The notes: generated by a model not told the origin, from the sequence alone. Positions 1 to 12,535 are shown, numbered from the stretch's first letter. The stretch is 52,943 nucleotides of DNA from Octopus bimaculoides (GCF_001194135.2 NC_068984.1:29225726-29278668); one strand, 5' to 3'. Made by a program: numbers and translations.

Positions 1-56
<56 letters not shown>

Positions 57-859
57 CATATATATATATATATATTGTGTGTTTTGATCTGAGAGAGGGA
101 GTGGTTTTGCCCGTTGGCCTTGCAAGTTCTCTGAGAATGTTAGGAATGATGCTTATTAAATGTGCCTCTTAACATTTGCACGTTGACAGGAACAATAAAA
201 GCATGAGCAAAGGACGGAACTCTAGAAGGTTTATCTTGGAAAGAGGGACTGGTCATAAAAGATTGTGCGGGATATGAACGGTGAGCAATGACCAAAATGC
301 ATTGAAAGGGATGAGAAAGGGTGAGTTTGGACTATCGGAGTGAAAGTGGTATGAAAACAACCAGGTCTAAAGTGTAGAAGTTACAGTCTTAGAAGTCAGA
401 GGGGGCAGTATATTTGAGGTCTAGAGCTAGGAAAGGTTTGATGAGCAACTTCATACCAAACCGACAAGTGAAGTTTGGAGGAATGTCAACCAGGGCATCT
501 GCTTTCTGCCATGAAACTTTTCACTCACACTCACACACACATCAGTGCATGGTACGGTATCACTGATGAACAACATTTACTGAAAAACTGCTTAAATGGG
601 ATTGTCCATGTAATTTGAAGTCAAAATTTATCTTATAGACTTTTTTAAAAAATCAGAAAGAAGGGAGATAACTTCAATAATATCATCTGATCCAAATATT
701 TTTTGAAAAATAAAGACAATACGATTAGGCGACTGATCAAAGAAAATACATCTTTAAATCGTACGGGAAACTGAGCTGAATAAAAGAAATTTGGCTAAAG
801 TATGTTTAACCACGTGAGCACACACACGCGCGCGAGCCTGTCTCTCTCTCTCTCTCATA

Positions 860-1600
860 TATATGTTTATTTATTCGTGTTTTATATCTTATGAGTTCAG
901 ATCAATAATGCGATTGATAAAAATTAAGGGAATTGAGTCCAGTAGAGTATGTTGATGTATGGATGATATAATCGGTGAAAGACAAAAAGAAAAGCTTAAT
1001 ATCTGGTCTCTAATATATAAGAATCTAGTTAAATAAATAGAAAAAGTAAAGGGAAAAGTGAGCCTTCATAACACCCTGTAGGGTTCCTAAACGTGTGCTT
1101 TTGGTTTTGATAAAATATTTATTTCCGTTTTATTTTCTTACTTTTATATAGTATCGATTGCTAACTACTAGATTAATGAAATTCCATATATTTAGGTTAA
1201 ATTTCTAAGAGTGGACTGGATTATACTGTGAATTCAACTTGGTTTTTTGCACATTCTAGAAGGAAGACTTGAACGAAATTTAGTGAGGTAGAATCAGAAA
1301 CTTTAATAGTATGTCTATTAAAAATTTTATTGTATGCTGTGGGTGGGTGTTTTTTGTAAGTAATTTAAAGAAAGATTTGGCCATTGGAGCAAGTAAAGTT
1401 AGTTTCAAAGTGGTTTGATCAAGAATTTATACTTCTTTTAATGCGCGTTGTGTGATGTTGGTTATAAGATAAATGAAAGTATGTTCTTAAACATATTGCT
1501 AACTAGAATTTCGTTATAATGAGAGGAAGCTTCGGTTAAAACTTTCTTATCAGCGGAGGATTTGTATAGTGTAAAAGTGATGTCCCTAATAATGTTAATC
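860..1600 (-). pseudogene. Decayed Penelope-like retroelement fragment (RT thumb to GIY-YIG region, Naiad-like)
   Basis: Minus-strand translation with frameshifts gives NIIRDI...SSADKKVLTEASSHYNEIL, AKSFFKLLTK and YNKIFNRHTIKVSDS, matching the PLE motif series NIIKxIP..SSxExIF..A...YN.AL / GKxFLxLIDKHFP / KIFNRxTxKVSYS; many stops. Confidence 0.7.
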
Positions 1601-1997
1601 TTAAAAATATTGTGAGAGTAGTTTCAAAGTTCAAAGATATAGTTTGAATATCCTTTCGATATACGACCAGAAAGACGTTCCCGATCACACGTCTGCTATC
1701 GTTCGTTTTCTCTTCCTCTCTCAATTCAAAATATTTCACTTCGATTCCTTTCATTCGCATATCACCTTTTCTTTCTTTTTCGAGATTTGAATGTGTTAAA
1801 ATTAGGCGTATACCTTATAAAGTTTTTAGCGTCTTACTTTCTACTTTTTTTTCTCTCTCTTCATTAAACCTTTCGAAGTTCGAATATTGTAGATCGACGT
1901 GAAAGTCTTGCTTGGAATTTACAATTATTAAGAATGTCTGTTCTAATTACTAAGGAAATTACTAAAAATTCACAAAACTTCCTTTTCATACTTAAAA

Positions 1998-2390
1998 GTA
2001 GCTATGTGGTAAGAAGCTTGCTTCTCAACCACGTGGTTCCGGATTCAGTCCAGCCGATGGTACCTTGGGCAAGTGTCTTCTACTATAGCCTCGGGCCGAC
2101 CAAAGCCTTCTGAGTGGATTTGGTAGACGGAAACTGAAAGAATCCCGTTGTACATATATATGTATATATATGTATGTATGCATTTGTTATTTGTGTCTGT
2201 GTTTGTATCCCCCCACCATCGCTTGACAACCAATGTTGGTGTGTTTAAGTCCCCGTCAGATAGCGGTTCGGCAAAAAGAAACCGATGCAATAAGTACTAG
2301 GCTTACAAAGAATAATTCTTGAAAGTCGATTTGTTCGACTAAAGGTGGTGCTCCAGTATTGCCGCAGTCAAATGACTGAAAGGATAAATG
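1998..2390 (+). mobile_element. SINE family A (tRNA head, CORE-like block), full length
   Basis: tRNA-like head GTGGTAAGAAGCTTGC...GGATTCAGTCC, CORE-like ACCTTGGGCAAGTGTCTT, central (TA)n, 3' end GGTGCTCCAGTATTGCCGCAGTCAAATGACTGAAA; many copies in window. Confidence 0.85.
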
Positions 2391-2467
2391 AATAACCCAA
2401 TAATTTGGGATTTGTTCACCAGTAGCAAAAGATTGAAATATACTGCATTCTGTAAATAAATAATAAT

Positions 2468-2690
2468 GGTTTCAAATTTTGGCACAAAGCCAGCAATTTT
2501 GAGGTGATGAGGTAAATAGAAAATATCGACCCATTAGTTGAATGGTATTTTATTTTTTATCAACCCCTGACGGATGGGAAAGCAAAGATGACCTCGGCGG
2601 AATTTGAACTTAGAATGTAAAGCGCCAGAAGAAATGTCCCTAAACATTTTGTGCGACGCGCTCAATGATTCGGCGGGATAACATTTAGAA
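2468..2690 (-). mobile_element. SINE family C (tRNA-derived, ~220 bp)
   Basis: Reverse complement carries B-box GAGTTCAAATTCCGCC and block CTTTCCCATCCGTCAGGGGTTGATAAAA; (ATT)n tail. Confidence 0.8.
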
Positions 2691-3477
2691 TCATTCATTT
2701 TAATAGTGGGTGACGATTTCATGAATTAGCAATCACTTTGAAATATGTGTGTATCACACACGCACATGCAAGTGTATGTGCATACAAGTGTGTACACACA
2801 CATATGCGTGTATTTGTGTATACGTACGTTCATTTGTATGTATGTAAGTGTAGGAGGCGGTGCAAACCAATATCCCTTATCTATTTAAATGTTTCGAAAT
2901 AGCTTATTTAAAAAATATCATTTTCTATATAATATTCAATGAAATGATATTCGATATGCAGTATATATAAGTTTTAGCGACGGAACATCGACATGTAGTT
3001 TCCCTAGTTAGTAGTGTTATAAAAAAAAGGAACGCACGCACACAGACAAAATAAAGAGAAGAAAGAAAGAAAGAGAGAGAGAAAGAAAACTGAATATATG
3101 GAATAAAAATAAAGAACTGTGGAAAAGAAAGAATTTCTGAAAGGAATAAGAGAGAGAGAGAGAAATAGAATGATAGAGGAATTATAGTGAGGTATGACAG
3201 GGAAGAGAGAAAGAATGAAGCAGAGTAGATAGAATGTGGAATAAAGAAAGTAGAATAGTGAGGCACAAGGAAAAGGAAGAACGAAAGAACGAAAAAGAAA
3301 AAAAAAAAAAACGAAGACGAAAGAATGAAGGCTTGAAAGATAGAACGTGAAATGTAGATAGTATAAAGTGGGGGAAGAAAGAAGTATATTAGATAGAATG
3401 TGGAATATTGGAAATATAGTGGAAAGGAAAAGAGGCAAGATAAATGTAAAGACAGGATCCACGTGCATGCATACACT

Positions 3478-3483
<6 letters not shown>

Positions 3484-3570
<87 letters not shown>
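3484..3570. repeat. (CA)n microsatellite after a ~450-bp purine-rich tract (3040-3460)
   Basis: About 43 uninterrupted CA units. Confidence 0.98.
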
Positions 3571-3572
<2 letters not shown>

Positions 3573-3580
3573 TATACATA

Positions 3581-3733
3581 TGGCTGCATGATAAGAAGCT
3601 TGCTTCCCAACCACATGGTTCCGGGTTCAGTTCCATCGCGTGGCACCTTGGGCAAGTGTCTTCTACTATAGCCTCGGGCCGACCAAAGTCTTGTGAGTGG
3701 ATTTGGTAGACGGAAACTGAAAGAAGCCCGTCG

Positions 3734-3767
<34 letters not shown>

Positions 3768-3869
3768 CATCTATGTATTTGTCATTTGTATCTGTGTTTG
3801 TTCCCCACTACCATCGCTTGACAACCGATGTTGGTGTGTTCACGTCCCCTTCAGCAGTTCGGCAATGAG
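3581..3869 (+). mobile_element. SINE family A, 3' end lost in gap
   Basis: AAGCTTGCTTCCCAACCACATGGTTCCGGGTTCAG...GGCACCTTGGGCAAGTGTCTTCTACTATAGCCTCGGGCCGACC. Confidence 0.9.
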
Positions 3870-4595
3870 NNNNNNNNNNNNNNNNNNNNNNNNNNNNNNN
3901 NNNNNNNNNNNNNNNNNNNNNNNNNNNNNNNNNNNNNNNNNNNNNNNNNNNNNNNNNNNNNNNNNNNNNNNNNNNNNNNNNNNNNNNNNNNNNNNNNNNN
4001 NNNNNNNNNNNNNNNNNNNNNNNNNNNNNNNNNNNNNNNNNNNNNNNNNNNNNNNNNNNNNNNNNNNNNNNNNNNNNNNNNNNNNNNNNNNNNNNNNAGA
4101 GAGAGAGAGAGAGAAAGAGAGAGAACAAGTGGGATCCAGAGATTATCGGTATGGAAAACACTTTGTAGCGCTCAAATGATTCGATGTCTTTGCGGGGGAC
4201 CAATTCCCTGAGGTAAAGAGTGGGTATAAGAAGGACCCAAGTGAGCAGATATGGAGGCAATTATATACATATATATACTCTTTTGCTTGTTTCAGTCATT
4301 TGACTGTGGCCATGCTGGAGCACCGCCTTTAATTATATATATACATATAATTGCCTCTTACAGCTGTAATACTTAAATTTTTGCTAGTAATAATAATAAT
4401 AATAACGTACATTACTTGAAATGTTTGTCTTGCCTTAGCGTTTGTTGTCCTCTTTAAAAATATATCCGCTATATCAGAAAATCTACAATGGTTCCATAAC
4501 TCCCGTCTCGGCTATGAGCTTGGAGCCCTGGTAATCAATTACAGAACTTACCCAGCGTACCTAGTCGTTTAGGTCACCTGTGAACTAAACCCCAT

Positions 4596-4636
<41 letters not shown>

Positions 4637-4668
4637 NNNNNNNNNNNNNNNNNNNNNNNNNNNNNNNN

Positions 4669-4710
<42 letters not shown>

Positions 4711-4761
4711 GTACACACACACGTATATATGCGCTTACATGAATGCATTTATATACATATA

Positions 4762-5085
4762 CATGAGTTCAATCCCTCTAGGCGACGCTTTGGGCAAGTG
4801 TCTTCTGCTACAGCCCCGGTCGATCAAAGCGTTGTAAGTGGATTTGATAGACGGAAACTGATTGAGGCCCGTCGTATGCATGTATGCATGTGTCTTTGTA
4901 TGTGTCATCCACCGTTTGACAAACAATGTTGATTTGATTACGTCCCCGTAACTTAGCGGTTCAGGAAAAGGGATTGAATAATTAACAACAAAAAGTAAGT
5001 AGCGGAAACGATACGTCTGACTACGACATTTCAAAGCAGTGGTTCCAGCGTGACTGCAGTCGAATAAGTGAAATAAGTAAAATGT
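4762..5085 (+). mobile_element. SINE family A, diverged
   Basis: GAGTTCAATCCC...TTTGGGCAAGTGTCTTCTGCTACAGCCCC...GTAACTTAGCGGTTC. Confidence 0.75.
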
Positions 5086-5159
5086 AAAAGATATACACAT
5101 GTTCGTACATATACATACATATATAAACAAAAATGCACACACAAGCACATATACACCTG

Positions 5160-5191
<32 letters not shown>

Positions 5192-6169
5192 TGGTGGATG
5201 TGGTTGAGAAGACATCTCAAGTGGAACCCTTCCACAGGTGAATTCCAGTTCAGTTCTCACTACTCCACACAGATGAAGTTTACAAGCTAAGGGGCAAAAC
5301 ACTTGTGACCCTGAGATATTCGCTGATGGCACACAAGGGGTTTTGATATTGCGATGGTTTCAGATGGTTTATATATACATTAATATGTACATTTAAAAAT
5401 ACATATACATGCATATACCGTTATACACACACACACACAGATATATACGTATATATGTATACTTATGTACACAAATATATATATACATATATAAACATAC
5501 ATATACACATATACATAAATATATACACAAACATATATATATATATATACATACATGCATATATAAATACATACACACACAGACAAACAGACAGACATAT
5601 ATGTATATATTTTGGCCACTGAGTTATTTGTCTTAGCTTTCTTTTCTGTTTGATTTATGTCGATTAACTGGGGCTTAAATGTGTTCTATTCTTTTTTCGA
5701 TATATTTATGCCTCTTGGCCGCTGGAGAGAAGTAAGGAGAACGGTCGTGCTTATGATGGTTATTGAGGCAGAAACACATACCTTCGAGTGTTTCCTTTCC
5801 TCAATAAGCCCGTCCTTTTTCCTTAATGACACATCAACTTTGGACAAATCCTTATTCCTGAGGTTATTTCCCCCTTTCGATACAGATGTATCATCAAATC
5901 GCATTTAATCATTTTTATACATTTTCTAGAGGCAGAGACAATTTTGATAAATTTAGAATTTATGTGGTATGGTAGTTGATACATCTGTATTTGTCTATCG
6001 CATTTATATGCATGCTATGGGGCCATCTGAGTTATTTCTTCGGACGATTATGGTCCCTGTTAGTGTATATGTTTTCATTCATGTGTGTTAACTACAACAC
6101 TAGAGCGGTTTAGCTCTTATTTCTAGCAATGAAGGTGTTTCCTAACACCCTAGTCGTGTTTAGTGACAA

Positions 6170-6373
6170 TGATAATAATAATAATAATGAAATTATTGTG
6201 CGTAGTGCTCAGGTGCACTACATCTCATCAAAGGTGCATGTATAGTACATAGAATTATGTACAAAAGTCAGGAAAGTGAACAGTGTACGAGTCATGATAT
6301 ACATGTGTGCATGCGTATGGAGGTGGGGATATAAGGTGTAGTGTTGGCGAATTTCAGGAAGCATGGAGGTTTT
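6170..6373 (-). mobile_element. Probable LINE 3' end with (ATT)n tail, clade unassigned
   Basis: Unique sequence ending on minus strand in (ATT)n at 6170-6186; remainder in gap; no protein motif seen. Confidence 0.3.
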
Positions 6374-7277
6374 NNNNNNNNNNNNNNNNNNNNNNNNNNN
6401 NNNNNNNNNNNNNNNNNNNNNNNNNNNNNNNNNNNNNNNNNNNNNNNNNNNNNNNNNNNNNNNNNNNNNNNNNNNNNNNNNNNNNNNNNNNNNNNNNNNN
6501 NNNNNNNNNNNNNNNNNNNNNNNNNNNNNNNNNNNNNNNNNNNNNNNNNNNNNNNNNNNNNNNNNNNNNNNNNNNNNNNNNNNNNNNNNNNNNNNNNNNN
6601 NNNNNNNNNNNNNNNNNNNNNNNNNNNNNNNNNNNNNNNNNNNNNNNNNNNNNNNNNNNNNNNNNNNNNNNNNNNNNNNNNNNNNNNNNNNNNNNNNNNN
6701 NNNNNNNNNNNNNNNNNNNNNNNNNNNNNNNNNNNNNNNNNNNNNNNNNNNNNNNNNNNNNNNNNNNNNNNNNNNNNNNNNNNNNNNNNNNNNNNNNNNN
6801 NNNNNNNNNNNNNNNNNNNNNNNNNNNNNNNNNNNNNNNNNNNNNNNNNNNNNNNNNNNNNNNNNNNNNNNNNNNNNNNNNNNNNNNNNNNNNNNNNNNN
6901 NNNNNNNNNNNNNNNNNNNNNNNNNNNNNNNNNNNNNNNNNNNNNNNNNNNNNNNNNNNNNNNNNNNNNNNNNNNNNNNNNNNNNNNNNNNNNNNNNNNN
7001 NNNNNNNNNNNNNNNNNNNNNNNNNNNNNNNNNNNNNNNNNNNNNNNNNNNNNNNNNNNNNNNNNNNNNNNNNNNNNNNNNNNNNNNNNNNNNNNNNNNN
7101 NNNNNNNNNNNNNNNNNNNNNNNNNNNNNNNNNNNNNNNNNNNNNNNNNNNNNNNNNNNNNNNNNNNNNNNNNNNNNNNNNNNNNNNNNNNNNNNNNNNN
7201 NNNNNNNNNNNNNNNNNNNNNNNNNNNNNNNNNNNNNNNNNNNNNNNNNGTAGTAGTTAGCAATCTATCATGGCGAA

Positions 7278-7323
<46 letters not shown>

Positions 7324-7574
7324 ATATATATATATCATTTACGTTTAACTCAAATATTATTCAATACTTTCTAGCCACATATATATTAATTTGCTTTTAC
7401 AATGATTATAGAGTACAATTCAGTGAAAGCATGCAAGCGGAGTTTTTGAAGCCACTATCAATGGTTTTGCCTTGTAAAAGTTAGTGTGTGTGTGCGTGTA
7501 TAATCTATCTATCTATCTATCTATCTGTCTGTCTGTCTTTGTCAATCAACACACAAATGTTCACACATGCATGC

Positions 7575-7605
<31 letters not shown>

Positions 7606-7612
7606 TGAATAT

Positions 7613-7960
7613 TGATTTCGATTTTTGGCACAAGGCCAGCAATTTCGGGGGAGGGGTAAGTCAATTACATCGATTCCACTATTCAACTGGTACTTATCTT
7701 ATCGGCATCGAAAGGATGAAAGGCAAAATTGATTAGGCGAATCAAATATTCTTTTCTTTATTAGGCACAAGGGCCAAAGTTTTGAGGGAGGAGGCCAGTC
7801 GATAAGATCGACCCCAGTACGCAAATGGTACTTAACTTACCGATCCCGAAAGGATTAAAAGGCAAAGTCGACCTCAGCGGAATTTGAACTCAGAACGTAA
7901 AGACAGACGAAATACTGCCAAGCATTTCGCCCGGCGTGCGAACGTTTCTGCCAGCTCGCA
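7613..7960 (-). mobile_element. Two tandem SINE family C copies (partial 7613-7740; near full 7757-7960)
   Basis: Both contain GGCACAAGG..CA...TCGACCCCAGT...GAAAGGAT.AAAGGCAAA; second has GGAATTTGAACTCAG. Confidence 0.85.
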
Positions 7961-8040
7961 AATGAAAATTATGAATAGAGATATAAAAATTGGAAATGAA
8001 GTGAACTGTGTTGAAAAATTCAGAGTCATATAAATATATA

Positions 8041-8084
<44 letters not shown>

Positions 8085-8462
8085 GCAAAACAAAAGTGCA
8101 AAATGAGATAGGGAGAGACAGAGTGATATGGGGAAAAAAAGTAGTTTGAAAGACAAACAGGAACAGACAGAGAAATATGTAAAACGAAGGAAGAGAGTAA
8201 GAAAATAATATAGAGTAGAATAAAAACGAATGATGTGACAAAGAGAGGATTGTTAATGGAATAAAAAGGAAAAGTATCGAGAAAGACAGAAATAATTTGA
8301 AAGGAAAGAAGGAAGGAAAGATGGAAGACAGACAGACACGCAGATAGATAGATAGATAGATAGAATGAGAAAAGCAAGAGAAAAGATATATAGGTAAAAT
8401 AACAATTAATAGAAAGGAAAGGAGAGACTAAGGTATGTGTTTTTGCTATAACACTCGTCTCA

Positions 8463-8640
8463 GAGACAGGTGTAATAAGAATTTATCGGAAAAGAGCAAG
8501 GAATTAGGGTAGAAAGTGGAGTGGGACAAACAAATTCTTTCCAGGAAGAAACAGCCACCTAATTCCTTGCACTTTTCTTTCACCATAAGGTAGTAGTAGC
8601 TATTTCTAAAGTCCACCGATCAGAATTTTGCACCTGTCTC
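8463..8640. mobile_element. Putative MITE-like element with nested inverted repeats
   Basis: GAGACAGGTG (8463-8472) / CACCTGTCTC (8631-8640); inner GAAAAGAGCAAGGAATTAGG (8489-8508) vs 8558-8577, 19/20 inverted match. Confidence 0.45.
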
Positions 8641-9074
8641 ACAAAATGGGTTTAACAGTAAAAATTTATCAGAGAAAGGAATAGAAGAACAAGAGATATA
8701 GAGATGTAAAAGTGGAAAAAGAAAAGAGAGCTATAGATTTGAAAAGGAGAGTGAAAGAAAACATATATATATAGAGAAGAGAAATTCAAAGTTAGATAAC
8801 ATGTGAAGAAACGAATAAAATGAAAGAACAAAATACGTATCCGAAACATGAACGTACGCGCACACGCACACGTGCGCGCGCACACGTACACGCGCCTGCA
8901 CGTGCTGATAGAAAAGACGTCTCTTATAGAAGTTCCAACTCAATTGAAACGTACATACTAACACACATACACAAATCTGGTGCCTTACAAGACTATGACG
9001 CTTGAAACAACAGTTAAATTTCTCAAATCCATCAATACCTTCTTTAAAAAAAATAAAGGCTACCTATTAGATAA

Positions 9075-9360
9075 TAGTGAAGGCGCATGGCCTAGTGGTT
9101 TGCATGTTTTACTAACGATCGCAAGAAAGTAGTTTCAATTCCCAGGCCACCGGTGCGTTGTGTTCATTTCACGTTACTCCAGTCCACTCAACTGTGAATG
9201 GGTGAACCTGCGACAGACTGGCGATCCGTCGGAGGAAATTATTGGCTTGCTCGACTAACCAGTGGGGTGACATCGTTTGATAGCGGCAACAATGTGAGGA
9301 AGCGCATCGTGACCAGAGATGTAAAACAACATTCGATAGTCTGCTTGATACAGTGATATT
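9075..9360 (+). mobile_element. SINE family D (tRNA head, CORE-like) with alternative tail
   Basis: GAAGGCGCATGGCCTAGTGGTT A-box, GTTTCAATTCCC B-box, GCGTTGTGTT..CATTTCACGTTACTCCAGTCCACTCA shared with 28346 and 51508 copies. Confidence 0.65.
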
Positions 9361-10569
9361 AGATAGCAAATAATATACCAGCAAAAAATTTTTTTTTTAA
9401 ATTGGAGGGAAAAATGTAGGAGCATTTAGTTTGAGACATTTTTGAATTTAGGTCCATTTAATAAGAGATGAAATGATGAACTAGAGCAAATCGAATTGCC
9501 TTCACAAACAACCCCATAGTTTCATGCATAGTACTGATTTATGCTTTGATACGTGAATGAGAGACAAAATAACCAGAGATAGACCACCACTGCATTCTAT
9601 TTAAATTAGTGAACCCTATTTTATTTACTAAGCTTGCTAAACGGATTGGGGTTGCAGTGTAGGTGCGTTGGTTACCGATAAAATGAAACATCTGCTCTAC
9701 AATTTGAACTCCTAACCCATAAGCTACCCACCATAAGGTGGGTAGCATTCTTTCACATCTAAGTCATTTCGGCTAATGACCGATAAAACTTTGCTTAATT
9801 ACAGCAACTGGAAGGAACTCCTTCATTTTTGGTATATTTATACAAACTTCCCATCTTTTTTATACTTATACAAACTCCCCGCTCTTCCCCACTCTCTTTC
9901 TCTCCATATCAAACGTAAACCAAAATAGAAGCCTACGTCAGAGGCTGTTCTTCTACCCCATATATAAACATCTGACATCAGTAATTCGCTGGATGACCAA
10001 AGAGGTTTGATGCCAAATTCAGAAAAAGTTAATGTGGAAGTCACATTGCTCATAGTCACATTTATAACATTATCATTATAGGAGTGGATTTAAGCAAGAA
10101 AATATTTTTGAAACGAGACAAATAAAATGAATCAATTAGTAAGACAGATAAAAATAAACTCATTTCCGATGTCGTAATAAACTGCATATAATTAAAACAT
10201 GTGTTAATTTATGCTTATCTATCCTTTATATTGGACCGGCTTAGTGGATAGGGTTCATGGTCACAAACTGTAGGTTCAGTTATCGGTTTGGGTAATGCAA
10301 GGTCATGTTGCTCCAGCCTACGCCATTGAAAATGATAACCAACCAAATGTTGGTGCAGCTCTTTCTCTCCCTCTCGAGTTGTCACATGCTTGATGTTCTG
10401 TTGGGACAAAATTGGGAGTGCCGAGAATAGGTTTATGTGTGTCGTCATTACGTAGTCACTTTAAAGATTTAACGAAAGCATGGTACATTCTACAAGTCAT
10501 ACTCGCTTGCGAGTGACGAACCCCCCTCCCCCCCTCTCTCTCTATGTATATATAAATATATATATATCG

Positions 10570-10917
10570 TGGCACACCGTCGGTTACGACAACGAGGGTT
10601 CCAGTTGATCCAGTTGATACGATCAACGGAACAGCCTGCTCGTGAAATTAACGTACTTCTCGGGGAGATTCAGCGTGACACAGAGTGTGACAAAGCTGGC
10701 AATTTGAAATACAGGTACAACAGAAGCGAGAAGAAAGAGTGAGAGAAAGATGTGGTGAAAGATTACAGCAGGGTTCGCCACCATCCCCTGCCGGAGCCTC
10801 GTGAAGCTTTAAGTGTTTTCGCTCAATAAACACTCACAACGCCTGGGCTGGGAATCGAAACTACGATCCTACGACCGCGAGTTCGCTGCCCTAACCACTG
10901 GGCCATTGCGCCTCCCA
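10570..10917 (-). mobile_element. SINE family B (tRNA-derived, ~380 bp) with internal deletion
   Basis: Reverse complement GGAGGCGCAATGGCCCAGTGGTTAGGGCAGCGAACTCGCGGTCGTAGGATCGTAGTTTCGATTCCCAG; same tail as 28713 and 42513 copies. Confidence 0.9.
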
Positions 10918-11842
10918 TANNNNNNNNNNNNNNNNNNNNNNNNNNNNNNNNNNNNNNNNNNNNNNNNNNNNNNNNNNNNNNNNNNNNNNNNNNNNNNNNN
11001 NNNNNNNNNNNNNNNNNNNNNNNNNNNNNNNNNNNNNNNNNNNNNNNNNNNNNNNNNNNNNNNNNNNNNNNNNNNNNNNNNNNNNNNNNNNNNNNNNNNN
11101 NNNNNNNNNNNNNNNNNNNNNNNNNNNNNNNNNNNNNNNNNNNNNNNNNNNNNNNNNNNNNNNNNNNNNNNNNNNNNNNNNNNNNNNNNNNNNNNNNNNN
11201 NNNNNNNNNNNNNNNNNNNNNNNNNNNNNNNNNNNNNNNNNNNNNNNNNNNNNNNNNNNNNNNNNNNNNNNNNNNNNNNNNNNNNNNNNNNNNNNNNNNN
11301 NNNNNNNNNNNNNNNNNNNNNNNNNNNNNNNNNNNNNNNNNNNNNNNNNNNNNNNNNNNNNNNNNNNNNNNNNNNNNNNNNNNNNNNNNNNNNNNNNNNN
11401 NNNNNNNNNNNNNNNNNNNNNNNNNNNNNNNNNNNNNNNNNNNNNNNNNNNNNNNNNNNNNNNNNNNNNNNNNNNNNNNNNNNNNNNNNNNNNNNNNNNN
11501 NNNNNNNNNNNNNNNNNNNNNNNNNNNNNNNNNNNNNNNNNNNNNNNNNNNNNNNNNNNNNNNNNNNNNNNNNNNNNNNNNNNNNNNNNNNNNNNNNNNN
11601 NNNNNNNNNNNNNNNNNNNNNNNNNNNNNNNNNNNNNNNNNNNNNNNNNNNNNNNNNNNNNNNNNNNNNNNNNNNNNNNNNNNNNNNNNNNNNNNNNNNN
11701 NNNNNNNNNNNNNNNNNNNNNNNNNNNNNNNNNNNNNNNNNNNNNNNNNNNNNNNNNNNNNNNNNNNNNNNNNNNNNNNNNNNNNNNNNNNNNNNNNNNN
11801 NNNNNNNNNNNNNNNNNNNNNNNNNNNNNNNNNNNNNNNNNN

Positions 11843-11881
<39 letters not shown>

Positions 11882-12162
11882 TAATGCAGAGATAGCGGTT
11901 ATAGTCTCCGACTAAGGGATAAAATATCTGTATTTACTATCGGTATCATTTACCCGTGTTATCTGTGGGCATGGGTATGCAGGCACACTATGCTCGTAGA
12001 GAACAGGTAGCAACAGAATAAACAAAAGTTTATCAGGAATGAAATTTAAATAATTAAAAAATGGAGAAAACCTTAAATCAACATATCAATTGGACCACAT
12101 CTGCAGCTTATTATTATTTAATACAAAACATGACATAACATAACATTTATGTGACACAACAA

Positions 12163-12276
12163 TTCTTACGGCCGTTTCCACCTCCGATGTCAGTCAGTGC
12201 CTACGAAAGAACTGTGAAAATAATATTCTTCATCTTCATAGGAAATTCGGACTAGAACACGGAGCTTCATCAGAGT
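12163..12276 (-). ncRNA. Degenerate Penelope-type hammerhead ribozyme motif with long stem II
   Basis: CTGATGA (12273-12267), ~30-bp imperfect hairpin, GAAA (12178-12175), palindromic CGGCCG, triplet GTA; stem I only 2-3 bp. Confidence 0.5.
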
Positions 12277-12306
12277 GAATATTCTGAGTGAATATATATA
12301 TATATA

Positions 12307-12379
<73 letters not shown>

Positions 12380-12535
12380 TCTCATCGTTTGATAGCCAAT
12401 ATAGGTTTGTTTACGTCTCCGCAACTTAGCGGTTCGACAAAAGGATGTTTGATAGAGTAAGTACCAGTCCGATTTAGTCTGATGACTAAAAATGTCTCGA
12501 GGCTGTAGCCCTGCATTGCTACAACCCAGACAAGC
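12380..12535 (+). mobile_element. SINE family A 3' half
   Basis: CATCGTTTGATAGCC...TTTACGTCTCCGCAACTTAGCGGTTCGACAAAA. Confidence 0.65.

Noticed and set aside
76-520. Possible second Penelope RT remnant on minus strand
   Set aside because: Only vague similarity (DLKYT, LDL, RVP) across several frameshifts; not supportable by eye.
560-600. CTGATGA...GAAA hammerhead candidates here and at 43107
   Set aside because: No stem II pairing or no properly placed GAAA and stem III.
2925-3709. ORFs of 113-229 aa
   Set aside because: Translations of (CA)n and purine-rich tracts (CVCV, HTHT, F/S/L-rich); no domain signal.
6292-7348. ORFs over 300 aa here and at 3808, 10813, 22319, 23713, 31315, 47254, 51612
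   Set aside because: They run through N-gaps (poly-X), so length is an artefact.
12200-12260. SECIS element inside the long hairpin
   Set aside because: ATGA is present but the non-Watson-Crick quartet partner and helix II geometry do not fit.
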